From a bacterium (GTDB lineage: Bacteria > RBG-13-61-14 > DATKZS01): a stretch of DNA of 64,000 nucleotides. Of this stretch, positions 30,857 to 41,932 are shown piece after piece (position 1 is the stretch's first letter; every line of letters starts with the position of its first letter). The notes beneath the pieces were generated by a model. That model saw nothing but the letters and a program-made list of their open reading frames with translations. It was not told the DNA's origin and ran no database searches. The stretch spans positions 704,001 to 768,000 of the forward strand of contig CAXXFL010000006.1 in the NCBI GenBank assembly GCA_963674965.2. Reading direction: 5' to 3'. A program made the translations under genes and the position numbers.

Positions 30857-32650
30857 TTAAGGGTACTCCTTTATATTGACATGGACATTGTATTTTTCTC
30901 CAAATTTAACCAAATAATCCGCATCGGATGATCCCCCCGGTTGTACTCTTAAATCCAATATCATATTGGCTGGATTATCGTTAACCGACCCTCTTCCAGA
31001 ACCTAGCTGTCTAATATGGCCTTCCATTCCACTCTTCCAGCCTGATCCAGTTGTATCGACAGATTTAACGCTGACAAGATTATTCCCTTTCTGGAAGTCC
31101 ACTAATGGGAAAGTGCCGCCGCCTTCTTTGCCTATATGGTGCCAATCACTATAATCCGTCTTGGCAAGAGCCTCCTCAATTTCTTTTCCACGCTGCAATG
31201 GGTCTTTGCTCCATACTCCTTTGGCCTTTTTGGCTATATCAACTGCCTCATCAGCATGACTTGCAACGTCGTCACCATACCTTGTGACACCGGAAATGAA
31301 AAGTCCAGCTTTTCTTACACCCGCGCCAGACGCGGCAGCTATTCCAACGCAACTCGTCGCCCGCCAGTACCATTGGAGTTCCGTAACATTTATTGCATCG
31401 TAGCCGCTGGTGCATTCGAATACATCGCGCACATCGTTGACACCCGGGACAAACGCCGTTGACAAGTCTGCAAACGTCTTTAATTCTTTTACAACTTCCT
31501 TGACGGAAACGGTCCCGCCAGATAGACTGCTATTCTCAGCCCACTGAGTATATCCAGGGCCGCCATATTGCATCCCATTCGAGTCCTGAAAGGTTATTGG
31601 ATTATTATGAGCGTACTCGTATTGATTAATAAGTCCTGGTATCGGGTCCGTACTAACGAACCTTCCTAAATCCGGGTCATACCAGCGAGCGCCCAGCTTA
31701 TAAAGGCCGACGTCATTATCTTGTCGGCGGCCGACGAAGCCGTGGGTGATGGAGGAGTTGGCGATGGTGAGGGGGTGGGAGGGCGAGCCGGCGAAGTCGG
31801 CGCCGAAGGGGAGATAGGCGCGGCGCCAGACGGTCTCGCCGTCGGAGTTGGTGGCGACCACCGGGGAGTGGAGACCGTAGTGGAGGTAGAGCCGCCGGGA
31901 GATATTGACCGAGGCGGCGCCCGAGTCGAGGAGGCTCGAGCCCGAGTCGTCCACCACGTCAATATCGAAATTTCCCGAGGCCTCGTCCCCGAGGTCGCCC
32001 GTGTCCACAAATATATAAGTCGCGCCCTCGGACACGGCCACCTCGATGGCGTAAACCGAGCCCGACCCATTATCGAAGCGCACCGTGTACGTCCCCGCGT
32101 CCAGCGCCCCCGCCACGGCCAGCTTGAGGGTGTCGCCCTCCTCGAGCTCGTCCGCCCAGGTGTCGCCGTCCCCGAGGGTCAGCTCGCCGATGGCGCTCTC
32201 GGCCAGGAGCCTAAGCCGCGCCGCGTCCAGCTCGGGCGTCGCCGAGTCTCCCTCCCCCGGCCCGCAAAGCTGGGTCGCTCCGTCCATGACGGAGGTCACG
32301 CCGTCGCACAGCCCGTCGCCGTCGGTGTCCGGATTGAATGGGTTGGTATAGAAATACCCCGAGTTCAGGTACTCCTCGAGGTTGGTCCTCCCGTCCCCGT
32401 CGGGGTCCTCGGCCGCGTCGCCCACCAGCGGGTCCAGCCCGGCCACGACCTCCCAATAATCGTCGATCCCGTCCCCATCCGAGTCGGCCAACAGCGGGTT
32501 GGTCCCCAGCCTCGCCTCGATAATGGCCGCCATCCCGTCCCCGTCATAATCCGCCACCGCCGTATCGCACTCCACCACCACCGGATCGAACCCCAAGCTA
32601 TCCGCGTACTCCACCTCCCACCCGTCCGTGAAGCCGTCAAAGTCGGAATC
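30857..32650 (-). CDS. orphan cassette 5: conserved region, Rhs core and CdiA-EC869-like PD-(D/E)xK nuclease toxin (probably silent)
   Basis: NNPITFQDSNG cleavage motif; W....QRG..IE...FPLVDF...VSVKSVDT in the tip. Confidence 0.78.
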   Translation of the reverse strand, partial: DSDFDGFTDGWEVEYADSLGFDPVVVECDTAVADYDGDGMAAIIEARLGTNPLLADSDGDGIDDYWEVVAGLDPLVGDAAEDPDGDGRTNLEEYLNSGYFYTNPFNPDTDGDGLCDGVTSVMDGATQLCGPGEGDSATPELDAARLRLLAESAIGELTLGDGDTWADELEEGDTLKLAVAGALDAGTYTVRFDNGSGSVYAIEVAVSEGATYIFVDTGDLGDEASGNFDIDVVDDSGSSLLDSGAASVNISRRLYLHYGLHSPVVATNSDGETVWRRAYLPFGADFAGSPSHPLTIANSSITHGFVGRRQDNDVGLYKLGARWYDPDLGRFVSTDPIPGLINQYEYAHNNPITFQDSNGMQYGGPGYTQWAENSSLSGGTVSVKEVVKELKTFADLSTAFVPGVNDVRDVFECTSGYDAINVTELQWYWRATSCVGIAAASGAGVRKAGLFISGVTRYGDDVASHADEAVDIAKKAKGVWSKDPLQRGKEIEEALAKTDYSDWHHIGKEGGGTFPLVDFQKGNNLVSVKSVDTTGSGWKSGMEGHIRQLGSGRGSVNDNPANMILDLRVQPGGSSDADYLVKFGEKYNVHVNIKEYP

Positions 32651-32736
32651 GGCGGAAGTAATAATGACAAGTTTTCAAAGAGCGGAGTTACATCTATATC
32701 GACAACTAAAGTGTACAATGCCCGTCTTCGGGTTGC

Positions 32737-33303
32737 CTATTCACAGCCGATAACACTGGCCCTGTATTTATCAAGATATTTAACGTTTGCTTTCTCTAAA
32801 GCATCTTCAAGACATTCTATTCCATTTTTTATTTTATAGTCCACTTCATCTTTTGTAATTGGAATTAACCAATAAAAAGAAACGGCATCATTGTTATTCT
32901 TTAATATTTCAAAGCCTGGACCGTCAAGATAAGGCAATGAAATAAGGCCATATTCACAATTGGAATCAGGCAACCATCCTCTTCCAAAATTAACGGTATG
33001 CCATAGACCAAGACTACTATCAGTTGCGTGAAAATGTACTACTACGGTTAATAGCTCTACGAGGCCTTCATTTCTTTCTGGTGAGTGTATATGTAATTCG
33101 ATCTTTTCCCGATCTTGAAGTGTTGACATTCCACATGTTGCATATGTCCACATATCCCTTTTTATGGTTGGCCTAAACTCAAGGACGCTAAAAAATTGGG
33201 GCAGTTCATGAATTGGCCCTTTATTCCATTTTTTTATTGCTGCCGCATTATTCCAGTTGGTTTCGTAATGCTCTCTAATCAATTCTGTATTATGATATAT
33301 CAT
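32737..33303 (-). CDS. suppressor-of-fused (SUFU) domain immunity protein
   Basis: [15 protein letters not shown] and [10 protein letters not shown]....G...LE motifs; overlaps the toxin stop. Confidence 0.85.
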   Translation of the reverse strand: MIYHNTELIREHYETNWNNAAAIKKWNKGPIHELPQFFSVLEFRPTIKRDMWTYATCGMSTLQDREKIELHIHSPERNEGLVELLTVVVHFHATDSSLGLWHTVNFGRGWLPDSNCEYGLISLPYLDGPGFEILKNNNDAVSFYWLIPITKDEVDYKIKNGIECLEDALEKANVKYLDKYRASVIGCE

Positions 33304-35060
33304 AGTCCATGCTCTTCTTTCTTTTTCTTTGAATAATTGCTCATTTTGCCACCCTGTATATTAGAATCCTTCCTCTTTTGTGTTTGCATCCTTCCTCTGT
33401 CGTTGGCACTTTCTTTCCTCTCAGATTCATTCATCTGATAGCCAGGCTTTTCATCATTCGATAGGTCGCCTTCATAATATCTTTGCACTAAGGGCGGGTC
33501 GTGGTCAACAACTTCATCTGGCTCGGCCCCTAATTCTCTTCTATCACTCTGCTTAGGAGTATTTCCATAATGCTTTCGCCTGTTATATGCCTCAGTTGGC
33601 CCGTCACTTTCGTCAGTTTTTTCATCTACGCCTGGGCTTGGTTCAGGTGAAGGAGACTCGTAATTCGGGTCCACTGGCTCTGAAGGCGGAGCTATATCCT
33701 GGCTAGATTCACCAGCCGCATAAAGTTCAATGAGCAATTCAGCGGCGCCCACCAACGCGGATGAAACGCCAACCCCATAACCAAGCTGATAGCAAGCCCT
33801 CGTGGGGTCGCCTTCTTCTGGCATGTAATAAGTATAATACGCCAGATGTGCATTTTCCGTGGAACGCAATCTGCCGCCTGAAGCTTCATTAACGGCGTCC
33901 GCAGGGACCAGAAACAAAGCATGCGAATACGCGCCTAAACATTCACTATAACCTAAGGCGGCCTCCGCGACTTCTCCTTCCATTCCTGACGCGTCTTGGT
34001 ACACGAACGGGTTGTTATAAGCGTAGGCGTACTGGTTGATGCCCCCGGCAACCGGATCGACGCTGACGAACCTCCCCAAATCCGGGTCGTACCAGCGGGC
34101 GCCGAGTTGATAGAGGCCGACGTCATTGTCGGAGCGGCGACCGACGAAGCCGTGGGTGATGGAGGAGTTGGTTATGGTGAGGGGGTGGGAGGGCGAGCCG
34201 GCGAAGTCGGAGCCGAAGGGGAGGTAGGCGCGGCGCCAGACGGTCTCGCCGTCGGAGTTGGTGGCGACCACCGGGGAGTGGAGACCGTAGTGGAGGTAGA
34301 GCCGCTGGGAGATATTGACCGAGGCGGCGCCCGAGTCGAGGAGGCTCGAGCCCGAGTCGTCCACCACGTCAATGTCGAAATTTCCCGAGGCGTCGTCCCC
34401 GAGGTCTCCCGTGTCCACAAATATATATGTCGCGCCCTCGGACACGTACGCCTCGATGGCGTAAACCGAGCCCGACCCATTATCGAACCGAACCGTGTAC
34501 GTCCCCGCGTCCAGCGCCCCCGCCACGGACAGCTTAAGAGTGTCGCCCTCCTCGAGCTCGTCGGACCAGGTGTCGCCGTCGCCGAGGGTCAGCTCGCCGA
34601 TGGCGCTCTCGGCCAGGAGCCGGAGCCGCGCCGCGTCCAGCTCGGGCGTCGCCGAGTCTCCCTCCCCCGGCCCGCAGAGCACGGTCTCACCGCTCATGAC
34701 TGAGGTCACGCCGTCGCACAGCCCGTCGCCGTCGGTATCGGGATTCAGGGGATTGGTGTAGAAGTAGCCCGAGTTCAGGTATTCCTCGAGGTTGGTCCTC
34801 CCGTCGCCGTCGGGGTCCTCCAAGGAGTCTCCCACCAGCGGGTCCAGCCCGGCGATGACCTCCCAATAATCGTCGATCCCGTCCCCATCCGAGTCGGCCA
34901 ACAGCGGGTCCGTCCCCAGCCTCGCCTCGATAATGGCCGCCATCCCGTCCCCGTCATAATCCGCCACCGCCTCATCGCACTCCACCACCACCGGATCGAA
35001 CCCCAGGCTATCCGCGTACTCCACCTCCCACCCGTCCGTGAAGCCGTCAAAGTCGGAATC
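33300..35060 (-). CDS. orphan cassette 4: conserved region, Rhs core and HNH-like nuclease toxin (probably silent)
   Basis: [11 protein letters not shown]; tip contains VDHDPPL...SNIQGG. Confidence 0.72.
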   Translation of the reverse strand, partial: DSDFDGFTDGWEVEYADSLGFDPVVVECDEAVADYDGDGMAAIIEARLGTDPLLADSDGDGIDDYWEVIAGLDPLVGDSLEDPDGDGRTNLEEYLNSGYFYTNPLNPDTDGDGLCDGVTSVMSGETVLCGPGEGDSATPELDAARLRLLAESAIGELTLGDGDTWSDELEEGDTLKLSVAGALDAGTYTVRFDNGSGSVYAIEAYVSEGATYIFVDTGDLGDDASGNFDIDVVDDSGSSLLDSGAASVNISQRLYLHYGLHSPVVATNSDGETVWRRAYLPFGSDFAGSPSHPLTITNSSITHGFVGRRSDNDVGLYQLGARWYDPDLGRFVSVDPVAGGINQYAYAYNNPFVYQDASGMEGEVAEAALGYSECLGAYSHALFLVPADAVNEASGGRLRSTENAHLAYYTYYMPEEGDPTRACYQLGYGVGVSSALVGAAELLIELYAAGESSQDIAPPSEPVDPNYESPSPEPSPGVDEKTDESDGPTEAYNRRKHYGNTPKQSDRRELGAEPDEVVDHDPPLVQRYYEGDLSNDEKPGYQMNESERKESANDRGRMQTQKRKDSNIQGGKMSNYSKKKKEEHGL

Positions 35061-35131
35061 GGCGGAAGTAATAGAGGTTAGTTTTCAAAGAACGGAATTA
35101 CATGCTACGTGTATTGCAAGATACTCCTAAC

Positions 35132-35755
35132 CTACGAAACATTTATAAATATTATATTAGTATATTTTCTAGCTTCGATATATTCTTTAACTTTTTCGGT
35201 ACAAAATATCCATCCAGGAAACTGCGCTATTCTGAATATATCATATGTTGTTGAGTAATTATGATCCAAAACCAAACCGCTTCTCTTTGGGATATAATAA
35301 CGATAACCACAGGTAGAACATGTCTTTTCTAATTTTACATTCGATTTGGCTTCATCCAAAGGAAACCAGGAGTCAACCCACAATTCGCTTAATGTAGGAC
35401 CTTCGTAAGGCAGATATATCCTTTTTTGGGTTCCTTCTCTTGTAGCCTTTGGCATCTTAAGGCGATTGTCTTGGAACATTTTAATTTCTTTAATATCAAA
35501 GCCGCTAAAATGCTTTTTAAGTTCAAGCGCAACGAATTGTTTGGACACCAACTCGAAGCTAATTCCACTCCAAATAAAGTCGCCTATTAAATCCGAACCC
35601 GGTTCCCATTCTATTATTAAAGGAGGTACTCTTATTTGACTCGATCTTGTACATTCAGGACATAGACCTTCACTTTTACTTGGCGTCCAAGTACCTCGTA
35701 TTCCAAATTGCGCATAATTATAGTCTCTTGGAGATAGCATCTGATAAAAAGACAT
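35132..35755 (-). CDS. double-CXXC(G)-like immunity protein
   Basis: CPECT and CSTCG motifs, DIFR...IFCTEK; GAGG RBS; follows the toxin. Confidence 0.7.
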   Translation of the reverse strand: MSFYQMLSPRDYNYAQFGIRGTWTPSKSEGLCPECTRSSQIRVPPLIIEWEPGSDLIGDFIWSGISFELVSKQFVALELKKHFSGFDIKEIKMFQDNRLKMPKATREGTQKRIYLPYEGPTLSELWVDSWFPLDEAKSNVKLEKTCSTCGYRYYIPKRSGLVLDHNYSTTYDIFRIAQFPGWIFCTEKVKEYIEARKYTNIIFINVS

Positions 35756-35767
35756 TTTTTCACCTCA

Positions 35768-37552
35768 CTAATCATCAACGTATTGTATTCCTAATTCCTT
35801 GTTCACTTCTTCTCTAATCCTTAATACATCATCCGCAGTAGGTGTGCGTCCTAGGTCTTCAATTTTTTGTTTTGTTAATTCATTTACAAGACCACCACCT
35901 TTGCCTTTATGTATTCGATTATGCTCATCAATATCAATCTTCCTTCTATTGGGAAAACCTGGTTTTCCTCTTACGTTAGGATTGTTAGCAACGTCAGACG
36001 GTAAATGCTTATCCAATACCTCTTTCGGGGTCTGGTGATGCATATGCGTGCCTTTTGACACACCTTTACTCGCGTCGAGAATCTCATCAGCCGCGTCCAC
36101 CGCGTTAAAGAGCTTTTTATTATTCCTCGACATTATATAATAAAACATGGCGCAATCGTCCAATGGTATTGGAGTCGATTCCGCCGTGGCCATGCCATGA
36201 GCCGCGATATCGTCCATGGGCAAGCCTATTTTTTCACCCGCAGCGTCAACGGCCATTCCCGGCCCAGTTATTGGTATGGTTGCTACTTGGAAAGAAGTGT
36301 CAGTGCCTTGTCTAAATTCTTCCATTCCTTTATCGGATATTGGATCGGCCCCTAATAATTCACCTCCGGCATCAACGCCCTCAATTGTTCCCCTTGCGAT
36401 TATAACCGACAACCCTCCTACGGCGCCAGCGATGACAAAGCCCTGAACCACTGGGCCAATCCAGACCGGGATATTGCCATCCGCGTCCTGGAAAACGAAA
36501 GGGTTGTTATGGCTATATGCGTACTGATTAAGAAGTCCCGGAACGGGGTCTCTACTCACGAACCTCCCCAGGTCCGGGTCGTACCAGCGGGCGCCGAGTT
36601 GGTAGAGGCCGACGTCATTGTCGGAGCGGCGGCCTACGAAGCCGTGGGTGATGGAGGAGTTGGTTATGGTGAGGGGGTGGGAGGGCGAGCCGGCGAAGTC
36701 GGAGCCGAAGGGGAGGTAGGCGCGGCGCCAGACGGTCTCGCCGTCGGAGTTGGTGGCGACCACCGGGGAGTGGAGACCGTAGTGGAGGTAGAGCCGCTGG
36801 GAGATATTGACCGAGGCGGCGCCCGAGTCGAGGAGGCTCGAGCCCGAGTCGTCCACCACGTCAATGTCGAAATTTCCCGAGGCGTCGTCCCCGAGGTCTC
36901 CCGTGTCTATAAAAATATAAGTCGCGCCCTCGGACACGGCCACCTCGATGGCGTAAACCGAGCCCGACCCATTATCGAAGCGCACCGTGTACGTCCCCGC
37001 GTCCAGCGCCTTCGCCACGGACAGCTTGAGAGTGTCGCCCTCCTCGAGCTCGTCGGACCAGGTGTCGCCGTCGCCGAGGGTCAGCTCGCCGATGGCGCTC
37101 TCGGCCAGGAGCCGTAGCCGCGCCGCGTCCAGCTCGGGCGTCGCCGAGTCGCCCTCCCCCGGCCCGCAAAGCTGGGTCGCTCCGTCCATGACGGAGGTCA
37201 CGCCGTCGCACAGCCCGTCGCCGTCGGTGTCCGGATTGAATGGGTTGGTATAGAAATACCCCGAGTTCAGGTACTCCTCGAGGTTGGTCCTCCCGTCCCC
37301 GTCGGGGTCCTCGGCCGCGTCGCCCACCAGCGGGTCCAGCCCGGCCACGACCTCCCAATAATCGTCGATCCCGTCCCCATCCGAGTCGGCCAACAGCGGG
37401 TTGGTCCCCAGCCTCGCCTCGATAATGGCCGCCATCCCGTCCCCGTCGAAATCCGCCACCGCCGTATCGCACTCCACCACCACCGGATCGAACCCAAGGC
37501 TATCCGCGTACTCCACCTCCCACCCGTCCGTGAAGCCGTCAAAGTCGGAATC
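35768..37552 (-). CDS. orphan cassette 3: conserved region, Rhs core and DUF2380/AHH-like HNH toxin (probably silent)
   Basis: NNPFVFQDADG; tip has MHHQTP...EHNRIH..GGG..N. Confidence 0.72.
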   Translation of the reverse strand, partial: DSDFDGFTDGWEVEYADSLGFDPVVVECDTAVADFDGDGMAAIIEARLGTNPLLADSDGDGIDDYWEVVAGLDPLVGDAAEDPDGDGRTNLEEYLNSGYFYTNPFNPDTDGDGLCDGVTSVMDGATQLCGPGEGDSATPELDAARLRLLAESAIGELTLGDGDTWSDELEEGDTLKLSVAKALDAGTYTVRFDNGSGSVYAIEVAVSEGATYIFIDTGDLGDDASGNFDIDVVDDSGSSLLDSGAASVNISQRLYLHYGLHSPVVATNSDGETVWRRAYLPFGSDFAGSPSHPLTITNSSITHGFVGRRSDNDVGLYQLGARWYDPDLGRFVSRDPVPGLLNQYAYSHNNPFVFQDADGNIPVWIGPVVQGFVIAGAVGGLSVIIARGTIEGVDAGGELLGADPISDKGMEEFRQGTDTSFQVATIPITGPGMAVDAAGEKIGLPMDDIAAHGMATAESTPIPLDDCAMFYYIMSRNNKKLFNAVDAADEILDASKGVSKGTHMHHQTPKEVLDKHLPSDVANNPNVRGKPGFPNRRKIDIDEHNRIHKGKGGGLVNELTKQKIEDLGRTPTADDVLRIREEVNKELGIQYVDD

Positions 37553-37786
37553 GGCGGAAGTAATAATGACAAGTTTTCAAAGAACGTAGTTACATCATTA
37601 TCGACAACCTAAGCAGAGGTCATCCTTTGGAAACGATTCTCTATGACCTGCTCGCTATGCTCGCCCACATAGCGGAGCTATGTGTAAACATGAAAGCGGG
37701 CTGTCCTCCAAGACGGTTTGAGGTATAACCGTAAACCAAGGGGTTGCAATGCAGGGCCCCAAATAAATGAAGGGAGGTACAGCCCA

Positions 37787-38872
37787 ATGACAACTTATCT
37801 CGGATTGGACGTGCATTCAAGGAGGACGGTGTTCGTGGCCCAGGAGGAGGACGGAAAAATAATCGCCCGGGGGGACGTGGCTACCGACCGCGCCGGCTTC
37901 GAGGAACTTCTCGGCCGGCTCGGAGGCGAGCTCGGGATCAAGACCGGCCTGGAGAGCGGGGCCCAGTCCTTTTGGGTCAGCGAGCAACTCTCCGAGCTGG
38001 GGTTTCACCCTTACGTGATCAACGCCGCCGAAGTGCGGGCCAAGTCGCTCCGCCCCAACCAGAAGAGCGACGGCCGCGACGCCCTCGAGATTTGCGACGG
38101 TCTGCGCCGCGATCTTTACGTCAGCCGCGTCTACGTGCCCGGCCGGTCCGTTCGCCGCCTGCGGTCCCTGCTCGGCCGCCGCCGTTTTTTCATCCGCCAA
38201 ATGACGTCCCAGGTCAACTCGGCCAAGGCCCTTTTGCGGGGCGAGGGAGTTCGAGTGTCTTTCCGCCTGAACACCGCCTCAGGCTGGAAGCGGGCGCTGG
38301 AGTCCTGCCCGGACTCCTTCCAGCGCGACCTTTTGCGGATGCACTTTCGGACCTGGCGTCAGGTCTCGGAGGAAGTCGCTCGCTTGAACAAGAAAATCGA
38401 AAAGGAGGCGGGCGCCCATTTCGCCGATGCTTATCCCCTGCTCCAGACCGTCCCCGGCGTGGGTCCGGTGACGGCGGCGACCTTTCTTTCCGTTATCGCC
38501 GACGCCGGGCGGTTCGAGCGGAGCGGCCAGGCGGTAAGCTACCTTGGACTCTGTCCGTCCAGTTGGGACAGCGGCGACCGGGTGGTCCACGGCCGTATCA
38601 CCAAGCGCGGGTCCTCGGAGGCCCGCTCGATGCTGGTGGAGGCGGCCCATCACGCGGGCCGTCCCACTCACCCCCTCAACCCGTATTTCGCCCGGGTGGC
38701 GGCGAGGCAGGGTTACAAGAAGGCGGTGGTCTGCGTGGCCCAGCGGCTTTGCCGCGTCATGTGGAGAATGATGTTGGACGGCGAGGAATTCGACGCGGGC
38801 AAGCTCAACGTGACGCCCACGAGCAAGGTCAAGACGAGGAAGTATTACTGGAAGATCAAGGAGGCCGTTTGA
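37787..38872 (+). CDS. IS110 family DEDD recombinase/transposase
   Basis: GLDVH, LESG, KSDGRDA, TVPGVG, SYLGLCP..SG, ITKRG; GGAGG RBS. Confidence 0.95.
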   Translation: MTTYLGLDVHSRRTVFVAQEEDGKIIARGDVATDRAGFEELLGRLGGELGIKTGLESGAQSFWVSEQLSELGFHPYVINAAEVRAKSLRPNQKSDGRDALEICDGLRRDLYVSRVYVPGRSVRRLRSLLGRRRFFIRQMTSQVNSAKALLRGEGVRVSFRLNTASGWKRALESCPDSFQRDLLRMHFRTWRQVSEEVARLNKKIEKEAGAHFADAYPLLQTVPGVGPVTAATFLSVIADAGRFERSGQAVSYLGLCPSSWDSGDRVVHGRITKRGSSEARSMLVEAAHHAGRPTHPLNPYFARVAARQGYKKAVVCVAQRLCRVMWRMMLDGEEFDAGKLNVTPTSKVKTRKYYWKIKEAV

Positions 38873-38914
38873 CTCGTTGAGGTCGCGTCCGTGACTTGGC
38901 CGGCTTGAGGGCGG

Positions 38915-39095
38915 GCCAGGAGGCGCGAGAATCCGTGTCACTCCAAAATAGTTTTCGGCGACTCCTTGGTAACCCGTGGCCGCGAAGGCCTTCTATGTGT
39001 ATGGAGCAACGCCGGGACACCGAACGTATTCGTGAGGCTTACGACCTCTTGACCTCGAATAGATGGTTGGAGGGAGGCACGGACCGGGGGGCGCT
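38915..39095 (+). ncRNA. predicted bridge RNA/seekRNA of the IS1111 element (boundaries approximate)
   Basis: Loop segments GGTAACCCG (38968-76) and CTATGTG (38993-99) match the insertion target; ATAGATG (39059-65) matches the circle junction. Confidence 0.78.
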
Positions 39096-39294
39096 TTTTC
39101 ATCTTTCCGTCATGGGATTGACCCGAAACAATCCCGCCCTCCGTCCCTCGCCCGCTCGGTCCTCCGGTCATGATTCTTTCGGGTAAAGGAGGGTAGACGG
39201 AAAGAAGAAAAAGCTTTGGCAACTGGAGGATGAGACCGTCCAGGGTTGACAATTTGCTTTCATAGATGGGTTACCTGTTGTTATGAGTAACACG

Positions 39295-39909
39295 TCACTT
39301 GTTACTTTTCATTATTTTATCTATATATATTTCTGCGGTTATACCAGATGGTTTCCCTTTAGTTCCAAAGCGCAATTCTTCAATAATCTGTTCCAACTTT
39401 TCAGTTGGGCCAATTTCATTTAGCAGAACCATTAGGTGCATCAATCTTTGAAACTTCGTTAAGCCTGGAGATCTACCCGAAATCCATAGATCTCTTAATG
39501 CGCTGTTACTGGAATATTTTTGCAGCTCTGGAATAATATAATGCCCAGTGCTTGTAAGAATTTCCTCATCGAGACCGGCAAGGTTTGAATTGTCATTGAT
39601 TGTCCACCATGTATCCTTAGGCTGGGGCAATATATGTCCTATACGTTGACGAAAGTGACAATCTTCAATCTTTGGACGTTTAATTGGTTCATTATAAAAT
39701 TGAAAGAGTATTTGTGATGATATCCCAATATTAATCGTAAATATGACTTCATGCTTAGTACTTTTTGTGCTTTTTTGAAAGTTAATGAGTCTCCATATAT
39801 CATCTTTAAAAAGCAAGTAAGTATTGCCATAACGTTTATAACCATGTGCCGATAATAATGGCTTGATCTGCCCCCTCACTAATCTGTTAAATTCAGATGA
39901 AGCTTCCAT
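39295..39909 (-). CDS. DUF4304-like putative immunity protein
   Basis: IKPLL...GYKR.G, INFQKS, FTINIGI, RQRIG motifs; GGAG RBS. Confidence 0.75.
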   Translation of the reverse strand: MEASSEFNRLVRGQIKPLLSAHGYKRYGNTYLLFKDDIWRLINFQKSTKSTKHEVIFTINIGISSQILFQFYNEPIKRPKIEDCHFRQRIGHILPQPKDTWWTINDNSNLAGLDEEILTSTGHYIIPELQKYSSNSALRDLWISGRSPGLTKFQRLMHLMVLLNEIGPTEKLEQIIEELRFGTKGKPSGITAEIYIDKIMKSNK

Positions 39910-40137
39910 TTTGATAAATCTCCTTAATAAGGGTCTATACCTACAATTTATTGACCATTCCTTGCTTTGAATACCACGTCGATTATTTACTTATTATAAG
40001 ATATCGGAAAAATCTTATCGAAAGCTTTGTCATTTTATTCAGGTAACTATTTAAAATTAATGCCGACTAGTAATGATTGCCTCGCAATAACTATTACGCA
40101 AATATTATATTCAATATTATTGAAATTTCGTAACACT

Positions 40138-41877
40138 CTAATTGTCCCGCACGATATTGACAATATATTCTTTAAAAATATCAAGCCATTTATCTTTTGC
40201 TCTCTGCGAAGGTTTATAAGGTGAATTTCCCGTTTTAGTCTCAATTCCACCCAGTACCTCACCGTCTTTGCTGACCTCAATGTCTATACGACGTTTTCCA
40301 AACCAAGTTTTTTTCGTCACCTCTTTTTCGACTTCATACCCATTTTTCTCAATTAATTCAGCTATCTCGTCACGAAAAGCGTCTCCTTTTGCTTTATTTT
40401 TTGATAATTGAGAAGCTTTAGATGATCTCCCCGCATTTGCGGCTGCCATTTCCTCACCGGCGACAGCTTTGGCCCCAAGGCCCATAGCCCCTAGTTCAGC
40501 TATACTGCCAAAAAGCTGAATGTCGTTTTTACACGCGAAGCTCCCGCCGATTCCATAAGCCCAATACTCAGCTGACCCTTGTTCTGATGCCTCGGCCATG
40601 GCCCACCAATCCTCATGGGCGGTACCGGTGAAAAAGTCATGAGTATCTTCCCATGCCAAGATTTCCGACTCCGTGCCCTCTATGTAATACATTGCGGTAT
40701 CAAGTCCCGGCACCTTTACAACCTCATTGATTTTTATCCATGGGCTGAGGGCTTGTTTGACGACTCCGGTGGTAAATTGTTCGAAAAACAAACCGGAAGC
40801 ATCATGATAAACGAACGGATTGTTATTGGCGTAAGAGTACTGGTTCAGAAGGCCAGACACCGGGTCTGTGCTCACGAACCTCCCCAGGTCCGGGTCGTAC
40901 CACCTTGCTCCCAACTGGTAGAGGCCGACGTCGTTGTCTTGTCGGCGGCCGACGAAGCCGTGGGTGATGGAGGAGTTGGCGATGGTGAGGGGGTGGGAGG
41001 GCGAGCCGGCGAAGTCGGCGCCGAAGGGGAGGTAGGCGCGGCGCCAGACGGTCTCGCCGTCGGAGTTGGTGGCGACCACCGGGGAGTGGAGCCCGTAGTG
41101 GAGGTAGAGGCGCTGGGAGATATTGACCGAGGCGGCGCCCGAGTCGAGGAGGCTCGAGCCCGAGTCGTCAACCACGTCAATGTCGTATGAGCCGGAGCCG
41201 GCGTCGTCCCCGAGGTCTCCCGTGTCTATAAATATATAAGTCGCGCCCTCGGACACGGCCACCTCGATGGCGTAAACCGAGCCCGACCCATTATCGAACC
41301 GAACCGTGTACGTCCCCGCGTCCAGCGCCCCCGCCACGGACAGCTTGAGAGTGTCGCCCTCCTCGAGCTCGTCGGACCAGGTGTCGCCGTCGCCGAGGGT
41401 CAACTCGCCGATGGCGCTCTCGGCCAGGAGCCGAAGCCGCGCCGCGTCCAGCTCGGGCGTCGCCGAGTCGCCCTCCCCCGGCCCGCAGAGCACGGTCTCG
41501 CCGCTCATGGCGGAGGTCACGCCGTCGCACAGCCCGTCGCCGTCGGTATCGGGATTCAGGGGATTGGTGTAGAAGTAGCCCGAGTTCTGGTATTCCTCGA
41601 GATTGGTCCTGCCGTCCCCGTCGGGGTCCTCCAAGGAGTCTCCCACCAGCGGGTCCAGCCCGGCGATGACCTCCCAATAATCGTCGATCCCGTCCCCATC
41701 CGAGTCGGCCAACAGCGGGTTGGTCCCCAGCCTCGCCTCGATAATGGCCGCCATCCCGTCGCCGTCATAATCCGCCACCGCCTCATTGCAATTTACCACC
41801 TCCGGGTCGAAGCCAAGGGTGTTGGAGTACTCGACCTCCCACCCGTCCGTGAAGCCGTCAAAGTCGGAATCGATGGA
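40138..41877 (-). CDS. orphan cassette 2: conserved region, Rhs core and PD-(D/E)xK nuclease toxin (probably silent)
   Basis: [11 protein letters not shown]; tip GKRRIDI...IETKTG...SQRAKD. Confidence 0.78.
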   Translation of the reverse strand, partial: SIDSDFDGFTDGWEVEYSNTLGFDPEVVNCNEAVADYDGDGMAAIIEARLGTNPLLADSDGDGIDDYWEVIAGLDPLVGDSLEDPDGDGRTNLEEYQNSGYFYTNPLNPDTDGDGLCDGVTSAMSGETVLCGPGEGDSATPELDAARLRLLAESAIGELTLGDGDTWSDELEEGDTLKLSVAGALDAGTYTVRFDNGSGSVYAIEVAVSEGATYIFIDTGDLGDDAGSGSYDIDVVDDSGSSLLDSGAASVNISQRLYLHYGLHSPVVATNSDGETVWRRAYLPFGADFAGSPSHPLTIANSSITHGFVGRRQDNDVGLYQLGARWYDPDLGRFVSTDPVSGLLNQYSYANNNPFVYHDASGLFFEQFTTGVVKQALSPWIKINEVVKVPGLDTAMYYIEGTESEILAWEDTHDFFTGTAHEDWWAMAEASEQGSAEYWAYGIGGSFACKNDIQLFGSIAELGAMGLGAKAVAGEEMAAANAGRSSKASQLSKNKAKGDAFRDEIAELIEKNGYEVEKEVTKKTWFGKRRIDIEVSKDGEVLGGIETKTGNSPYKPSQRAKDKWLDIFKEYIVNIVRDN

Positions 41878-41932
41878 AAGAACAGAGGCAAGTTTTCAAA
41901 GATCAAATGATCGCGAGCTTTTAATCTAAGGC

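Larger units (their letters stand above)
37683..39268 (+). mobile_element. IS110 family element, IS1111 group
   Basis: Subterminal IRs ATGAAAGC and GCTTTCAT; TG core on both sides; long 3' non-coding region. Removing it restores the hairpin CCCACATAGC-GGA-GCTATGTGGG. Confidence 0.92.

Noticed and set aside
37972-38941. Long alternate-frame ORFs inside the IS110 transposase
   Set aside because: Arg/Pro/Gly-rich shadow ORFs typical of high-GC coding DNA, with no motifs.
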